NCBI RefSeq assembly: GCF_006345805.1 | Contig: NW_021831892.1 | Location: 1-38,315 of the forward strand | Direction: 5' to 3' | Source: Octopus sinensis | Lineage: Eukaryota | Length of the DNA stretch: 38,315 nucleotides | Part shown: one piece after another, positions 1-10,969 of the stretch | How positions within the stretch are numbered: position 1 is the stretch's first letter | Layout of the letters: the number at the start of each line of letters is the position of its first letter | Program-made: the position numbers and the translations under genes | The notes under the pieces: model-generated | What the model saw: only the letters and a program-made list of their open reading frames with translations | Told to the model about the DNA's origin: nothing | The model's database searches: none

Positions 1-333
1 TGATTTCTGCACTTTGGAATTGTTGGAGATTTTAAAATGCATGACTGGTGTTACTAATAGATCGGATAAATTACGAGTCAAATGGCCACATTTTATCTGT
101 AATACTTTCTTATACTTTAAATCGATTCTATAATGTCTTTTCCTGCTGCTAGATACATATCTATAACACTATGATATAGATCTTAATTTCTAATGATAAG
201 ATTCGTGGGTTATATTTAAGTAGCCTAGCGTATCTTAATACTGTTAATACTTAATAACTGATCGTATTTATGTTACGTGTTTGTGCACCCTTAGTTCTAA
301 CTACGGCATTGATTTAAACAAACAAGTATGTAT

Positions 334-724
334 GTGGAAGCATTCCGTCGGTTACGACGACGAGGGTTCCGGTTGATCCGATCAACGGAACAGCCTGCTC
401 GTGAAATTAACGTGTAAGTGGCTGAGCACTCCACAGACACGTGTACCCTTAACGCAGTTCTCGGGGATATTCAGAGAGTGACAAGGCCGGCCCTTTGAAA
501 TACCGGCCCTTTGAAATACAGGTACAACAGAAACAGGAAGTAAGAGTGAGAAAAAGTTGTGGTGAAAGAGTACAGCAGGGACCACCAGCATCCCTGCCAG
601 AGCCTCGTGGAGCTTTAGGTGTTTTCGCTCAATAAACACTCACAACGCCCGGTCTGGGAATTGAAACCGCGATCCTACGACCGCGAGTCCGCTGCCCTAA
701 CCACTGGGCCATTGCGCCTCCACT
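334..724 (-). mobile_element. tRNA-derived SINE, family B, full length with target-site duplication
   Basis: Minus strand starts GTGGAGGCGCAATGGCCCAGTGG (A box), then GGTTTCAATTCC (B box). 14-bp direct repeat AAACAAGTATGTAT at 320-333 and 725-738. Head and body shared with 2822-3109. Confidence 0.85.
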
Positions 725-1167
725 AAACAAGTATGTATACGAGACTAATGAAAGTAGTTTAGGCAATAATCAGTTTCAAAATGAACGATATAAATTTATG
801 TTAGCCGAATATCGAAATTTAGAGAATAACTGTTACGAAGATACATGTCGAAAGGATAGAATTAATAGAGAAGGAAAACAGAACCGATATTCCTCCCCAA
901 ACCCCCGAAAATCATGAATCCCAACGTTTCAATTAACCAATATTGAGAATAAAGCAAATCAATAAAAATCATATAGGTGAAGTAGACAGGTCATATCACT
1001 ACTATAATAATTTGAAATTAAGGGGAGTATTATAAGAAAATATTAAAATATTAAAATATTAAAAGAACTAAGTATTACATACAAAGTATTACAAACGCCA
1101 TAAAAAGTTAGAATTGTTAAAAGAATTTATAAGATTGTAAAGAATTATATAGAATTATAACGACCAT

Positions 1168-1242
1168 ATCAACCGGAACCCTCGTCGTCGTAACCGACGG
1201 AGTGCTTCCACATACATACTTGTTTGTTTAAATCAATGCCGT
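1168..1242 (+). repeat. Inverted 75-bp copy of 303-377 (SINE 3' end plus unique flank)
   Basis: Reverse complement of 303-377 with 1 mismatch. Includes 31 bp from outside the SINE. Confidence 0.95.
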
Positions 1243-1365
1243 TTTTCCGCCAACAGTTTTTTCACTTTCTCTATTAGATTTAACCTACGCTGTTTCTATT
1301 TCAGTGTTTACAGGTTATTATTACTGGCACTGTGATCATGATTATATTAATAATTTTCATTTTAT

Positions 1366-1483
<118 letters not shown>

Positions 1484-1754
1484 AATTTCGCAGAGATATT
1501 CACTATTCTCTGCATTTTTCCTTAAGTTATTTTCCTTGAATAATAATTTGTTGTATTTTCCTTAATTAAAGCGAACATTCTATTAGCTCTGCAATAATTA
1601 GTCGGAGAACTTTAACCAAGAGGAATTAAGTTAATGAATAGATATCGCTTGAATTAATTAACCATGTCACTCCTTTGATGCACTAAACAACACAACACTG
1701 TAAATGGGTGGATTATATAGTAGGGTCAGTTGGGCACCGTCTGCGGGAAAACAG

Positions 1755-2435
1755 CACCATGACGCAGTTCACTCTGCCAGAAATTTGGAAACGACCGGAA
1801 GCTCCAATACGAACATTTCAGAGTGTTTGGGTGTCAGCCTGAAAACATGTACCGAGAGCGATAAAAATCAAACATCCAGTCAACATCATGATGTTTGGAG
1901 TGGTCACTAGTAATGGCAACGTTATGCCTTCATTCATCTTCCCAAACGGCCTCAGACTCAACACGGAGGCCTACACCAAGTGCCTGGAGGAGGTAGTGCA
2001 ACCCTGGGTCAAGAAGGTGGTTACCGGAAGATCCTATGTCTGGCAACAGGACTCTGCACAATGCCGCACAATCAGGAGAACCCAGTCATGGCTGTCAGAA
2101 AATTCCTGCAACTACACCACCCTAACATCCGGCCACCTAACTCCCCAGACTGCAACCCCCTTGATTATTATGTGTGGGGTGCAGCTGAGCAAGAAACCAA
2201 CAAAACTCCTTGTAACATCAAATATGAACTGAAGGCAAGGATTATGGTAACATTCACCAACTTAAACAAGGAGACCGTCCAGAAGAATTGCAGGAGATTC
2301 CGAAGTCGTCTGGAGACCATGGTTGAAGCGAATGGCGATTTTATTGAATTTACTCTTTAGAATTTCAAGACATTTCTATATAATTTTGGTAAATATATCT
2401 GTTAAAATGAGATGTCAGTGTTATTTTCATTTTTG
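1755..2435 (+). mobile_element. Decayed, internally deleted Tc1/mariner-superfamily transposon, DD37D (maT-type)
   Basis: ORFs 1888-2232 and 1980-2360 join across a 1-nt frameshift as WQQDS...PPNSPDCNPLDYYVW, with 37 residues between the second and third D. The N-terminal HTH start (SSNTNISECLGV) is fused directly to the catalytic region. No TIR pair found. Confidence 0.8.
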
Positions 2436-2439
2436 CGTA

Positions 2440-2492
<53 letters not shown>

Positions 2493-2821
2493 AACAAACT
2501 TACTTAGAAATGGATGCGTGCGTTCTGTCGTGTAATAACAAATTAATGAATAAAACATATGCATATATACATACATATATGTACGTACTAACATCTACAT
2601 GTATATATACATGCATATATGGGTACAGGACACCCAAAAAACGCCGAACACAATGAGAAACGAAAACATAAACACAAAACCAAGGAACTGGACATTTTTC
2701 TTAAACAACGAAAAAATAGAGTACAGGACAAATAACACAAGGAAAATTCCCCTTCTTCAGTCGCCATGGTTTCATTTACTCTGCGTTGTGTGTGTGTGTG
2801 AGTGTATGTGTGTGTGTGTGT

Positions 2822-3109
2822 GTGGAGGCGCAATGGCCCAGTGGTTAGAGCAGCGGTTTCGATTCCCAGACTGGGCGTTGTGAGTGTTTATTGAGCGAAA
2901 ACACCTAAAGCTCCACGAGGCTCCGGCATGGGGGTGGCGGTCCCTGCTGTACTCTTTCGCCACAATTTTTCTCATTCTTTCTTCTGTTGGCCTGCTCGCT
3001 AAGCCAGCGAGGTGGCGTCATTTGAAGGCTAAAACAATGCGAAGCGCATTGTGACCAGCGATGTGTAACAACATCTGATAGCCTGGTCGGTCACGGTGAT
3101 TACGGTGAT
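2822..3109 (+). mobile_element. tRNA-derived SINE, family B head and body with an alternative 3' tail
   Basis: GTGGAGGCGCAATGGCCCAGTGG...TTTCGATTCC head matches 334-724. Has a 22-nt deletion in the head. Tail ends in (CACGGTGAT)-like repeats. Confidence 0.8.
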
Positions 3110-3559
3110 ATATATATATATATATATCATACACACATACATACATACACATAATAAAAACAGATGAATAGATTACCTAGCACTGCTACAATTGTTTTTA
3201 TTGAGAGTCTTTATAATGGCGTAAATATGGTGCAGTCAGGTGTGTTGTACGTATAACATCAATAAGATTGCGTAATACATTACACAACTCTCAACTCATC
3301 AGGCTTACCAAATATACAAGCGATCAGTGTCATGTTGCTTAAAAAAGATCATCAACAAGTGGAATTTCGAAGCAGAATTATTGTCGTTTGAGAAGCGTAA
3401 AGCGGGTGGGATTACTATCGTCAATTACGAAAGTGAATAGTAGATACTATAGAATAATTAAAAGGTGCATCTTTTCTAAACATGTCATGATACTTAGCGA
3501 CATCATTCATAAAAGCTGGTACTGGCAAAACAGGGTTATATACTAACAGATAGTAGGTG

Positions 3560-3960
3560 CCAAGTATGACATTTTACCCTATCAAAATATATTAGATGAC
3601 ATCCATGAGATGCCGAGCTCGCTGGATACTCTCCGAGTGCTACTAACCGGTTTTGCCTCTATGATTTGGATCACGGCCTCGTAACCCACGATTTTAGGCC
3701 TACCTGACTTTTCCTGATCGTGGATATTTTTGCAACTCGAGAAAAATTTCTTGAACCATCTGCTTATTGTACTATGATCAACTGCACCTTCACCTTTCAC
3801 ACAAACAAATGTTTTTGGGAGCTTCTGCAGTGTTACGGTCCGGTTCGAACTCATCAGGCAAAAGTTCCCGAATTACAGAATGTTGCACATTCATCTGTTT
3901 GGCTTCCAAATCACACAACGGAATGAAGAAATGCACGACGTGTCAGCGCACCATGTATTA
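3560..3960 (-). mobile_element. Mariner transposase N-terminal (HTH) remnant
   Basis: ORF 3582-3854: KGEGAVDHSTISRWFKKF...SGRP...STRRVSSELGIS, a typical mariner bipartite HTH. Catalytic domain absent. Boundaries approximate. Confidence 0.75.
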
Positions 3961-4090
3961 CGATACTACCAACGTCAATGGGTTCCTTCCATGGCTTAGG
4001 TCACGTGGTATACACGCCTCAAACTAGCACGGATGCAAAAATTGCGAACCTTTTCACTCGTTTCAATATGCTGACTGCCAATTTATGTAT

Positions 4091-4208
4091 CGACTCTGAA
4101 AGGGTAAAAGGGGAATTTGACGTCTGCCATGTTTGAACTCAAACCGTAAAGAAGCACAACAAAGGTCGGAAATAATTTTATGTTATTCTAACGGCTTAAA
4201 CAATACGC
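4091..4208 (-). mobile_element. Diverged fragment of the SINE family seen at 24774-25360
   Basis: CGACTCTGAAAGGGTAAAAGGGGAATTTGAC...TTTGAACTCAAACCGTAAAG resembles the reverse complement of the 24820-24900 unit. Confidence 0.45.
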
Positions 4209-4209
4209 C

Positions 4210-4725
4210 ACCTACACACACATGCATGTACACACACACACACATACACGCTCACACACACACACATGTACACACACTCACACACATGCGCAAACAAACA
4301 CATACATACACACTCTATCTCACTCCCACGCACATACTCGCACACACACGCACATACACCCACACACACATACACGTATGGATGTAGCTATGTACACACA
4401 CGATACGTGCATATGAGCTATATATTCTGTGTGTGTGCGTATGTGCATGTATTTGTGTGCCTGTGTGTATATATATTTATTGTGCGTATGTGTATATATA
4501 GTTAATCCAAACATGAAAACACAAAGACATACATTCATATAAATATGTATACTTATATATAGGTATCTAAGCATATATGCATACGTATGTATGTATGTAT
4601 GTATGTATGTATGTATGTATGTATAATTATATATTTACATGCACGCACACGCACACACACACACACACACATATATATATACATACAGGCATACAGACAT
4701 ACATAACATACATATCTATACGTGT
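4210..4725. repeat. Compound (CA)n/(TACA)n/(TA)n microsatellite field
   Basis: Direct reading. Confidence 0.9.
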
Positions 4726-5076
4726 GTATATAAGAAAGTATTTATTAATACCGTATAATGACTAACAAAACTGCTACAAGATAAAGCTATTAATTTTCAA
4801 ATTATATGAAAGCAGAGACCGATTTTCCATCTAATAAACAACATGAGATGAACAGATGCAGTTAACCGGTTTAGGCACGAATTCACTACTTTATCCGCAT
4901 TCCGACGATCCCTCTGTTTATTTATATATGAACAGTGCAAAACCACTGCTTGTCTGGTTGTTTCCAATGCATACTTTTAACTCACGTAATCTAAATATTT
5001 GACATACATCGCTCATACTCAGGAAAAGCCAGGAAGATGTAAGCCGGCGTTACGAACGAAAGATAGCGTAGAAGAT

Positions 5077-5420
5077 TCTTCTTCCGTTTCTTCTTCTTCT
5101 TCTTCTTCTTCTTCTTCTTCTCTTCTTCTTCTTCTTCTTCTTCTTCTTCTTCTCCTCCTTCTCCTTCTCCTTCTTCTTCTCCTTCTTCTTCTCCTCCTTC
5201 TTCTTCTTCTTCTTCCATTTCTTCTTCTTTTTCTTCTTCTTGTCCTTCTACTTCTTTTTCTTCCTCTTCTTAAACTTCTATTCTTCACGTTCTTCTACTT
5301 CTTCTACTTCTTCTTCTTCTTCTTCTTCTACTACTACTTCTTCTCCTTCTCCTTCTTCTTCTCCTCCTCCTTCTCCTTCTTCTTCTTCACCTTTTCTTCT
5401 TTCTTCGTCTTCCTCATCCC
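5077..5420. repeat. Degenerate (CTT)n/(CTC)n trinucleotide tract
   Basis: Direct reading. Source of the poly-E/K/R/L/S ORFs. Confidence 0.95.
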
Positions 5421-5814
5421 TCCTTCTCCGCCATCTCCTGCTTCTGTAATGACTGCATAACTTCACTTTTCTGTTTAAAGAAAAATCAAAGTCCAAGAAA
5501 GTTTGCTTCTTGGCGCGTGCACGCACACACACACACACACGCACACAGAATTTTGTGGCTTTAATATGTTCGATTGAGTATTACGCACACAATTTTGTGA
5601 CTTTAATATGTTTGATTGGGTATTACTGGCCGTACGGTGATCTAAGAAAATATTTCGGTATACACTGGTACATGAAGATGCATTTGAATCGACAGGATAT
5701 TACTTATCGTCTGCTTCTTCATTTTGTTTTGCTTATCAATGATATCCTATCGCAGCTGAATTTCATTCTGTTTCATTCTCATGCACGATCATAAAATTTT
5801 GCTGTGTGGCCTAT

Positions 5815-6025
5815 AAAATAAGGTCGTTGGAGCCGACAAAATAGCAGCTAAATCTCCCCCATCAACCTCGCCCTCGCTACCAAATAAATCATAGACTTCG
5901 GACTTTAAAAAGAGAAGGATACTTGGATTAATGTTGTCTCTCATATACTATACGTGACAAAAAAAAAAGAGAATAAAGAAAGATGGGATGATCATAGTTG
6001 GAACGCCTTTGATCATAGGTCTGTG
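5815..6025 (+). mobile_element. Interspersed repeat family C fragment (SINE-like)
   Basis: Motifs AAATAGCAGCTAAATCTCC and GCCTTTGATCATAGGTCT recur in diverged form at 21285-21470 (+) and 31440-31675 (-). Confidence 0.45.
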
Positions 6026-6197
6026 AAGAAGTAGATACAACAAGGAGCACTTGAAATTTTTCAAGGAAAGTTCGAAAGACGGGTTCAACGATGGCGCAAA
6101 TACATCGCCTGTGATGAAGACTATGAGGGGCAGAACCTTTTCTATAGAAGACTTGCTCTCCAACAGGAGCAATTTAAACCATCTATGTTAGTTAATA

Positions 6198-6325
6198 GCC
6201 ATCACCACCACTACTATCACCCCCACCACCACCTTCACCAACATCATTACCACCATCATCACCAACATCATCATCACCACCATCATTACTATCACCATCA
6301 TCACCACTACCATCACCTCTCATCA
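6198..6325. repeat. (CAT/CAC)n tract, tail of the adjacent LINE fragment
   Basis: Direct reading. Begins immediately after the stop codon of ORF 6326-6565 on the minus strand. Confidence 0.85.
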
Positions 6326-6580
6326 TCATTGTTCGACCGTGGTCGAGACAATGGAATTTACTATGTTACGCCAAACTTCACGGCCCATCATAGCATTACA
6401 GACATCCTGTTGCTGGATGCCTGTATCCCTGGAGATTACATCAGGATAGGAGAGTGTGCGCCCTCTGGTATCGCGAGCAGATGGTTTCAAGAGGAGAAGA
6501 GTAGAAATTACCTCGTTTTCAGCTCTACAACAATGTCCAGCAAACTGGACTCTCCTACTTTTCACAAGAGATGATACATG
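6326..6580 (-). mobile_element. RTE-like non-LTR retrotransposon 3' end (5'-truncated)
   Basis: RRVQFAGHCCRAENEVISTLLL...RGRTLSYPDVISRDTGI...AMMGREVWR resembles the RTE-clade C-terminus (RL.WAGH..R...RGR...DR..WR). Followed by a (TGA)n tail. Confidence 0.7.
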
Positions 6581-6995
6581 TGGTAATTTCCCATATATTT
6601 GTACTTTGGTTGGATGACGCTTCCACGATATATTTTGAGCTCCATCACCTCTACCACCACCAGCATCCCCGACACTACCAGCACCAACAAAACAACTAGT
6701 TCCTATTCATATCTATTAGGTTAGTAAGTATGATAATGTATGATTGTGATGTCTATAATTTTTGTAGTTAGTTAAACAGCCACAACGGTTCCGCTCTGTA
6801 CGATTTACTTCGCTCTGTTCTCTGGATTCCTGGTTACTGAGGCAAAATTCGCTGCTTCTGGCACAGTTATACCGCAATATTTACAAATTAATTTATGGCC
6901 GACGCTGTTCTTTTTACCTTTACATCCGAGTTCTATCTTTTTCACAATGAAGTTTGAAGCAAATTTGGGGTTCGTTATTGGAATCTATTTTTTAC

Positions 6996-7398
6996 TTAGC
7001 TTTTAGCTTTTACTGGTTTCAATCATTAGAATGAGGCCATGAAGACTTTTTTGTCGAAGAAATTGACTCCAGTACTTTCCGTTTGCAGCCTGGTACTTAT
7101 TTTGTCGATATCTAACGCCGAAACGCTAAGTTACAGGGATGTAAACACACCAACACTGGTTGTCGAGTGGTGGTGGGAGTAAACCCAGACACAAATAGGA
7201 ACACACACACTTACACACACAAATAAACACACAAACAGTCGCACAAACACACAAACACACACACACAAACAGTCACACACACATGACGGGGTTCTTTCAG
7301 TTTCCCTCTAGAAGGCATTTACCCAAGGTGCCACGCAGTGAGACTGAACCAGGAACCATGTAGTTGGAAAACAAACTTCTTACCAGACATCCACGCCC
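6996..7398 (-). mobile_element. tRNA-derived SINE family A (CORE-like), diverged, internally deleted
   Basis: Aligns to 7926-8354 and 16569-16982. GCACCTTGGGTAAATG motif resembles the CORE domain. Confidence 0.75.
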
Positions 7399-7925
7399 AA
7401 TGATTATATTATTGGGTGTATGCAAGTAAAACAGTATTAGATTAAAATTGCCATCTGTGTATCATATCAAAAGGATATACACCGTTAAAAAAACATGATG
7501 CTGTAGAATTGTCTGAGATAAAAAAAAATCCCTTCAAAGACGTGTTACGTAAAGGACAATATATTTTGGAGCGAGACGAACATCGGTGTCGCAATGACCC
7601 ACGAGAACGACAGTTTCAAGTATTCTAACGATGTGTCTTAGTACTATGTGATTTTAATGGTAATTTTAATCACGATGTGATTTTATATGGTAATTTTAAT
7701 TTAATGCTCTTTCAATTGCCTATACTGTGTTTTCCTACAGCTCAGCAAGCTTTCGTGATATCAGTGAATGGTTTATTCACTGTTTCCTATATACCGAGGA
7801 ACGAGTTTCATGTAAGCAAGTGACAATCACGCACACAATACTGACAAGCCTCAAGAAAGGCGAAATGCGTCCGTCGTTCTCCGGAGTCACGACAACGACG
7901 ATATTCGTCTCATTCCAAAAACTAA

Positions 7926-8354
7926 TACTCATTTACTCTTTTACTTGTTTCAGTCACTTAACTGTGGCCTTGCTGGAGCACCGGCTTTAGTCGAACAAAT
8001 CGACCCCAGAACTTATTCTTTGTAAGCCTAGTACTTATTCTATCGCTAAGTTACGGGGGCGTAAACTCACCAATATAGGTTGTCAAGCGATGGTGGGGGA
8101 CAAACACAGACACACAAATACATATGTGTGTGTGTGTGTGTGTGTGTGCGTGTGTGCGTGTGTGTGTGTGTATGCGTGCGCGTGTGTGTGTGTACAACGA
8201 GCTTCTTACAGTTTCCGTCTATCAAATCCACTCACAGGGCTTTGGTCGGCCCAAGGCTATAGTAGAAGACACTTGTCCAAGGTGCCACGTAGTGGGACTG
8301 AACCCAGAATCATATGGTTGGGAAGCATGCTTCTTACCACACAGTTACTCCTAT
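7926..8354 (-). mobile_element. tRNA-derived SINE family A
   Basis: tRNA-like head, CCTTGGACAAGTGTCTTC, internal (CA)n, and (GTAAAAGA)-type tail. Five related copies in the window. Confidence 0.9.
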
Positions 8355-8934
8355 GAAGCGATTTTTACCTCAGACAATACTAGAGCATCATGCCTTCTAA
8401 CGGCGTGCATCCATTTAGTTTGACAACACAGATGGCGATAAAAATTAAAGTATCTTTAATCGTTGGGCTGGATAATTATTACTCGTTGAGAAATCAGAGC
8501 TTCGTAAAAAGTCAAATCAGTCAACTCGTAACCTTTACTTTTCATATTGTAATTGAAATCTAACAAAAACCACTGATACCCATATTTCGTTCTTATTATA
8601 TCGTATATATTTTATTTGAAGCATAAAATAGGTATAATAAACATAATTATTTGATTAAATTATATAGAAATTTTTCAAAAGTTTTTATCATTCTCTATAC
8701 GAAGTAAATATATCCTTGATTGAATTAGATTAATTTTCTTCAAAACATTTTCTCTGCATATGTAAAGGGCAATTCAGGTCTTTTACATTTTAAATAAGTG
8801 TATATTTCTTTTCATAATTAAAGGAGCTTATCCACATAAACGATATCTTTTACTCTCTTCTGATAACGAAATACTAAATAGTGTAATATTAAATTTACTA
8901 TTAATCAATGTTTGCGTATATGTATAAACACACA

Positions 8935-8996
<62 letters not shown>

Positions 8997-9449
8997 TATA
9001 TTGTTCTCTAATCAATGTTTTTTAGTCTCTGTCTCAATTTCATTTGAGCACTTCCTTTTTGCAGTCCTATAAACCCTTTTGTTCTATAAAAAGAGGAAAA
9101 AAATTATTTCTTTTCATATATATATATATATATATATAATAATATATATATATATATATATCCGTAATAATGAAGGGTGAAATTAATTAATTGGAATAAT
9201 TATCAATTACACCAAGTAGTCTTCGGCATGTAAAAGCCTCATTCGAGGAAAATTTAAGTAATACTAAGCAATAGGGTTTAGCAACGAATTGCCTTACCAC
9301 ATACCGAATTTAGAAATAGCAGTCAAAGGGTTATAGCTATTTCTTCTACTAAAAAGGGAGATCTCAGTAAAAACAGCAATTGGAAGGCTGACACAAACAG
9401 GTAAGAGAGAATGAATTGACTGCAATCTATCATACATTTTTTAAGTTAT

Positions 9450-9553
9450 CTACGGACGTACGTTTCGAAATCAAGTTTTTAGGAAAGCATAAGAATTAAA
9501 TATTAAATATTAAATAATTCTATCTTACCGAAACTTCTTTCTCTTCAGCGTAG
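9450..9553 (-). ncRNA. Type I hammerhead ribozyme motif (minus-strand copy)
   Basis: Reverse complement of 9801-9905, with one A fewer in stem II. Confidence 0.8.
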
Positions 9554-9800
9554 AATACTATAATCATAAATGATTATATATTGAATTTTGAGATACTAGG
9601 AGGCACCAACTCAACTCAGTATCAGAGCGAGCTAGAATCCGCAACTAGTATCACCGAATTCAAATTTGTGAATGAAACGATTGTGTCAACAGCCCCTTCC
9701 CACCCGCGTGTAGCCAAAACAAGATGCTGTGGTCATCTACTGAGATAAAATATGGTTATCCGTAATAATTCAATATATAATCATTTATGATTATAGTATT

Positions 9801-9905
9801 CTACGCTGAAGAGAAAAGAAGTTTCGGTAAGATAGAATTATTTAATATTTAATATTTAATTCTTATGCTTTCCTAAAAACTTGATTTCGAAACGTACGTC
9901 CGTAG
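9801..9905 (+). ncRNA. Type I hammerhead ribozyme motif with extended stem II
   Basis: CTACG(9801-05) CTGAAGA(9806-12) stem II GAAA..AAGTTT...AAACTT..TTTC(9813-9888) GAAAC(9889-93) GTAC GTC(9898-9900) CGTAG(9901-05). Stem I is a perfect 5 bp. Stem III lies in the palindrome ACGTACGT. Predicted cleavage after 9900. Confidence 0.8.
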
Positions 9906-10656
9906 ATAACTTAAAAAATGTATGATAGATTGCAGTCAATTCATTCTCTCTTACCTGTTTGTGTCAGCCTTCCAATTGCTGTTTTTACTGAGATCTCCCT
10001 TTTTAGTAGAAGAAATAGCTATAACCCTTTGACTGCTATTTCTAAATTCGGTATGTGGTAAGGCAATTCGTTGCTAAACCCTTATTGCTTAGTATTACTT
10101 ATATATATATATATATATATAAACATACATACATATAAAACTTGTTAATACAAATTTGGTGTGTGTTGCATTCCATTACTTGATAAATAAAAAAAATATA
10201 TAAACAAACGACATAACATATACTGAATGTAAAAACAAACGGGAGCCAAACAGAAGGTTCATAATCCTTCATCAGTTATCGACCAATGGTACTGTTCAGT
10301 TTCACATCTTTAAGGATAAGACTGAATGCTTCCCAATTGGCGGTGCCCGTAAAAACAAAAGTTTTCTTGCCTAGAATTAGGGACAAGAGCAAACATAACG
10401 AAACAAAACAAGCAAAACTACACAGCGTGTGATTTAGGACGGTGGACGAGGGCAAACAGTCGAGTAAAATACGGCCTTGGAGCCAAGAAGACGAGAATAG
10501 TGGGTAACGCTTAGAAAATGTTTTGAATGATGGAGAACGGAGAGACAGAATTTGCGATTGGTCAGCTTAGGGACCAGTCTGAGAAAGGAAGAAAAAGAAG
10601 AACTGGCGTGTGTGTTTGTATGTGTGTTTGGTGTGTGTGTGTGTGTGTGTGGTGTG

Positions 10657-10688
<32 letters not shown>

Positions 10689-10699
10689 TCATATTATTT

Positions 10700-10950
10700 C
10701 GTCCATGTGAGAAGACAAGGCACGGTGTATCCAGCTGTGACCGATCAGTCCATCATGGGCTGGGCACTGATGGCCGGTTGGGATTGAAGTCGAGGAGTTG
10801 GTTCTGGACCTGCGCAGTTGTGTTTTCTTTGTGTCCCTGCAATCTTGACCTGTTCGTAGGATGTGGTGCTTCACTTGGTGCAGCTTCGTCATGTAGAGTG
10901 GTCTTGCGCTTGGGTAACTCCCAGATGTCGGAGTTGATCATATACCAGTA
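10700..10950 (-). mobile_element. RTE-like LINE 3' end remnant
   Basis: Frameshifted INSDIWE..AQDHST*RS followed by RRSRTNSSTSIPTGHQCP...GLIGHSWIH, resembling the RTE C-terminal WE..AQDR..WR motif and terminal C2H2-like motif. Confidence 0.55.
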
Positions 10951-10969
10951 CGCACGTGTATATATATAG

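Larger units (their letters stand above)
9160..10100. mobile_element. ORF-less Penelope-like/retrozyme-like element with an inverted duplicated terminal segment
   Basis: Arms 9256-9587 and 9767-10100 are reverse complements; the only differences I found are 2 single-base homopolymer indels. Each arm carries a hammerhead motif. Both ends abut (TA)n. Confidence 0.65.

Noticed and set aside
3851-3857. CTGATGA on the minus strand
   Set aside because: Lies in mariner coding sequence, with no GAAA-stem III-NUH arrangement downstream.
4133-5544. Long ORFs rich in H/T, C/V, Y/I, E, L or S here and throughout 17445-23569
   Set aside because: They are translations of (CA)n, (TA)n, (TACA)n and (CTT)n microsatellites, with no domain signal.
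6060-6130. Mariner C-terminus-like peptide (RVQRWRKYIACDEDY)
   Set aside because: Too short to support on its own.
6185-6574. Poly-histidine ORF
   Set aside because: It is the (CAT/CAC)n tail and antisense strand of an RTE-like LINE fragment.
10269-10275. CTGATGA on the minus strand followed by a short AGG/CCT stem
   Set aside because: No GAAA core follows the stem.
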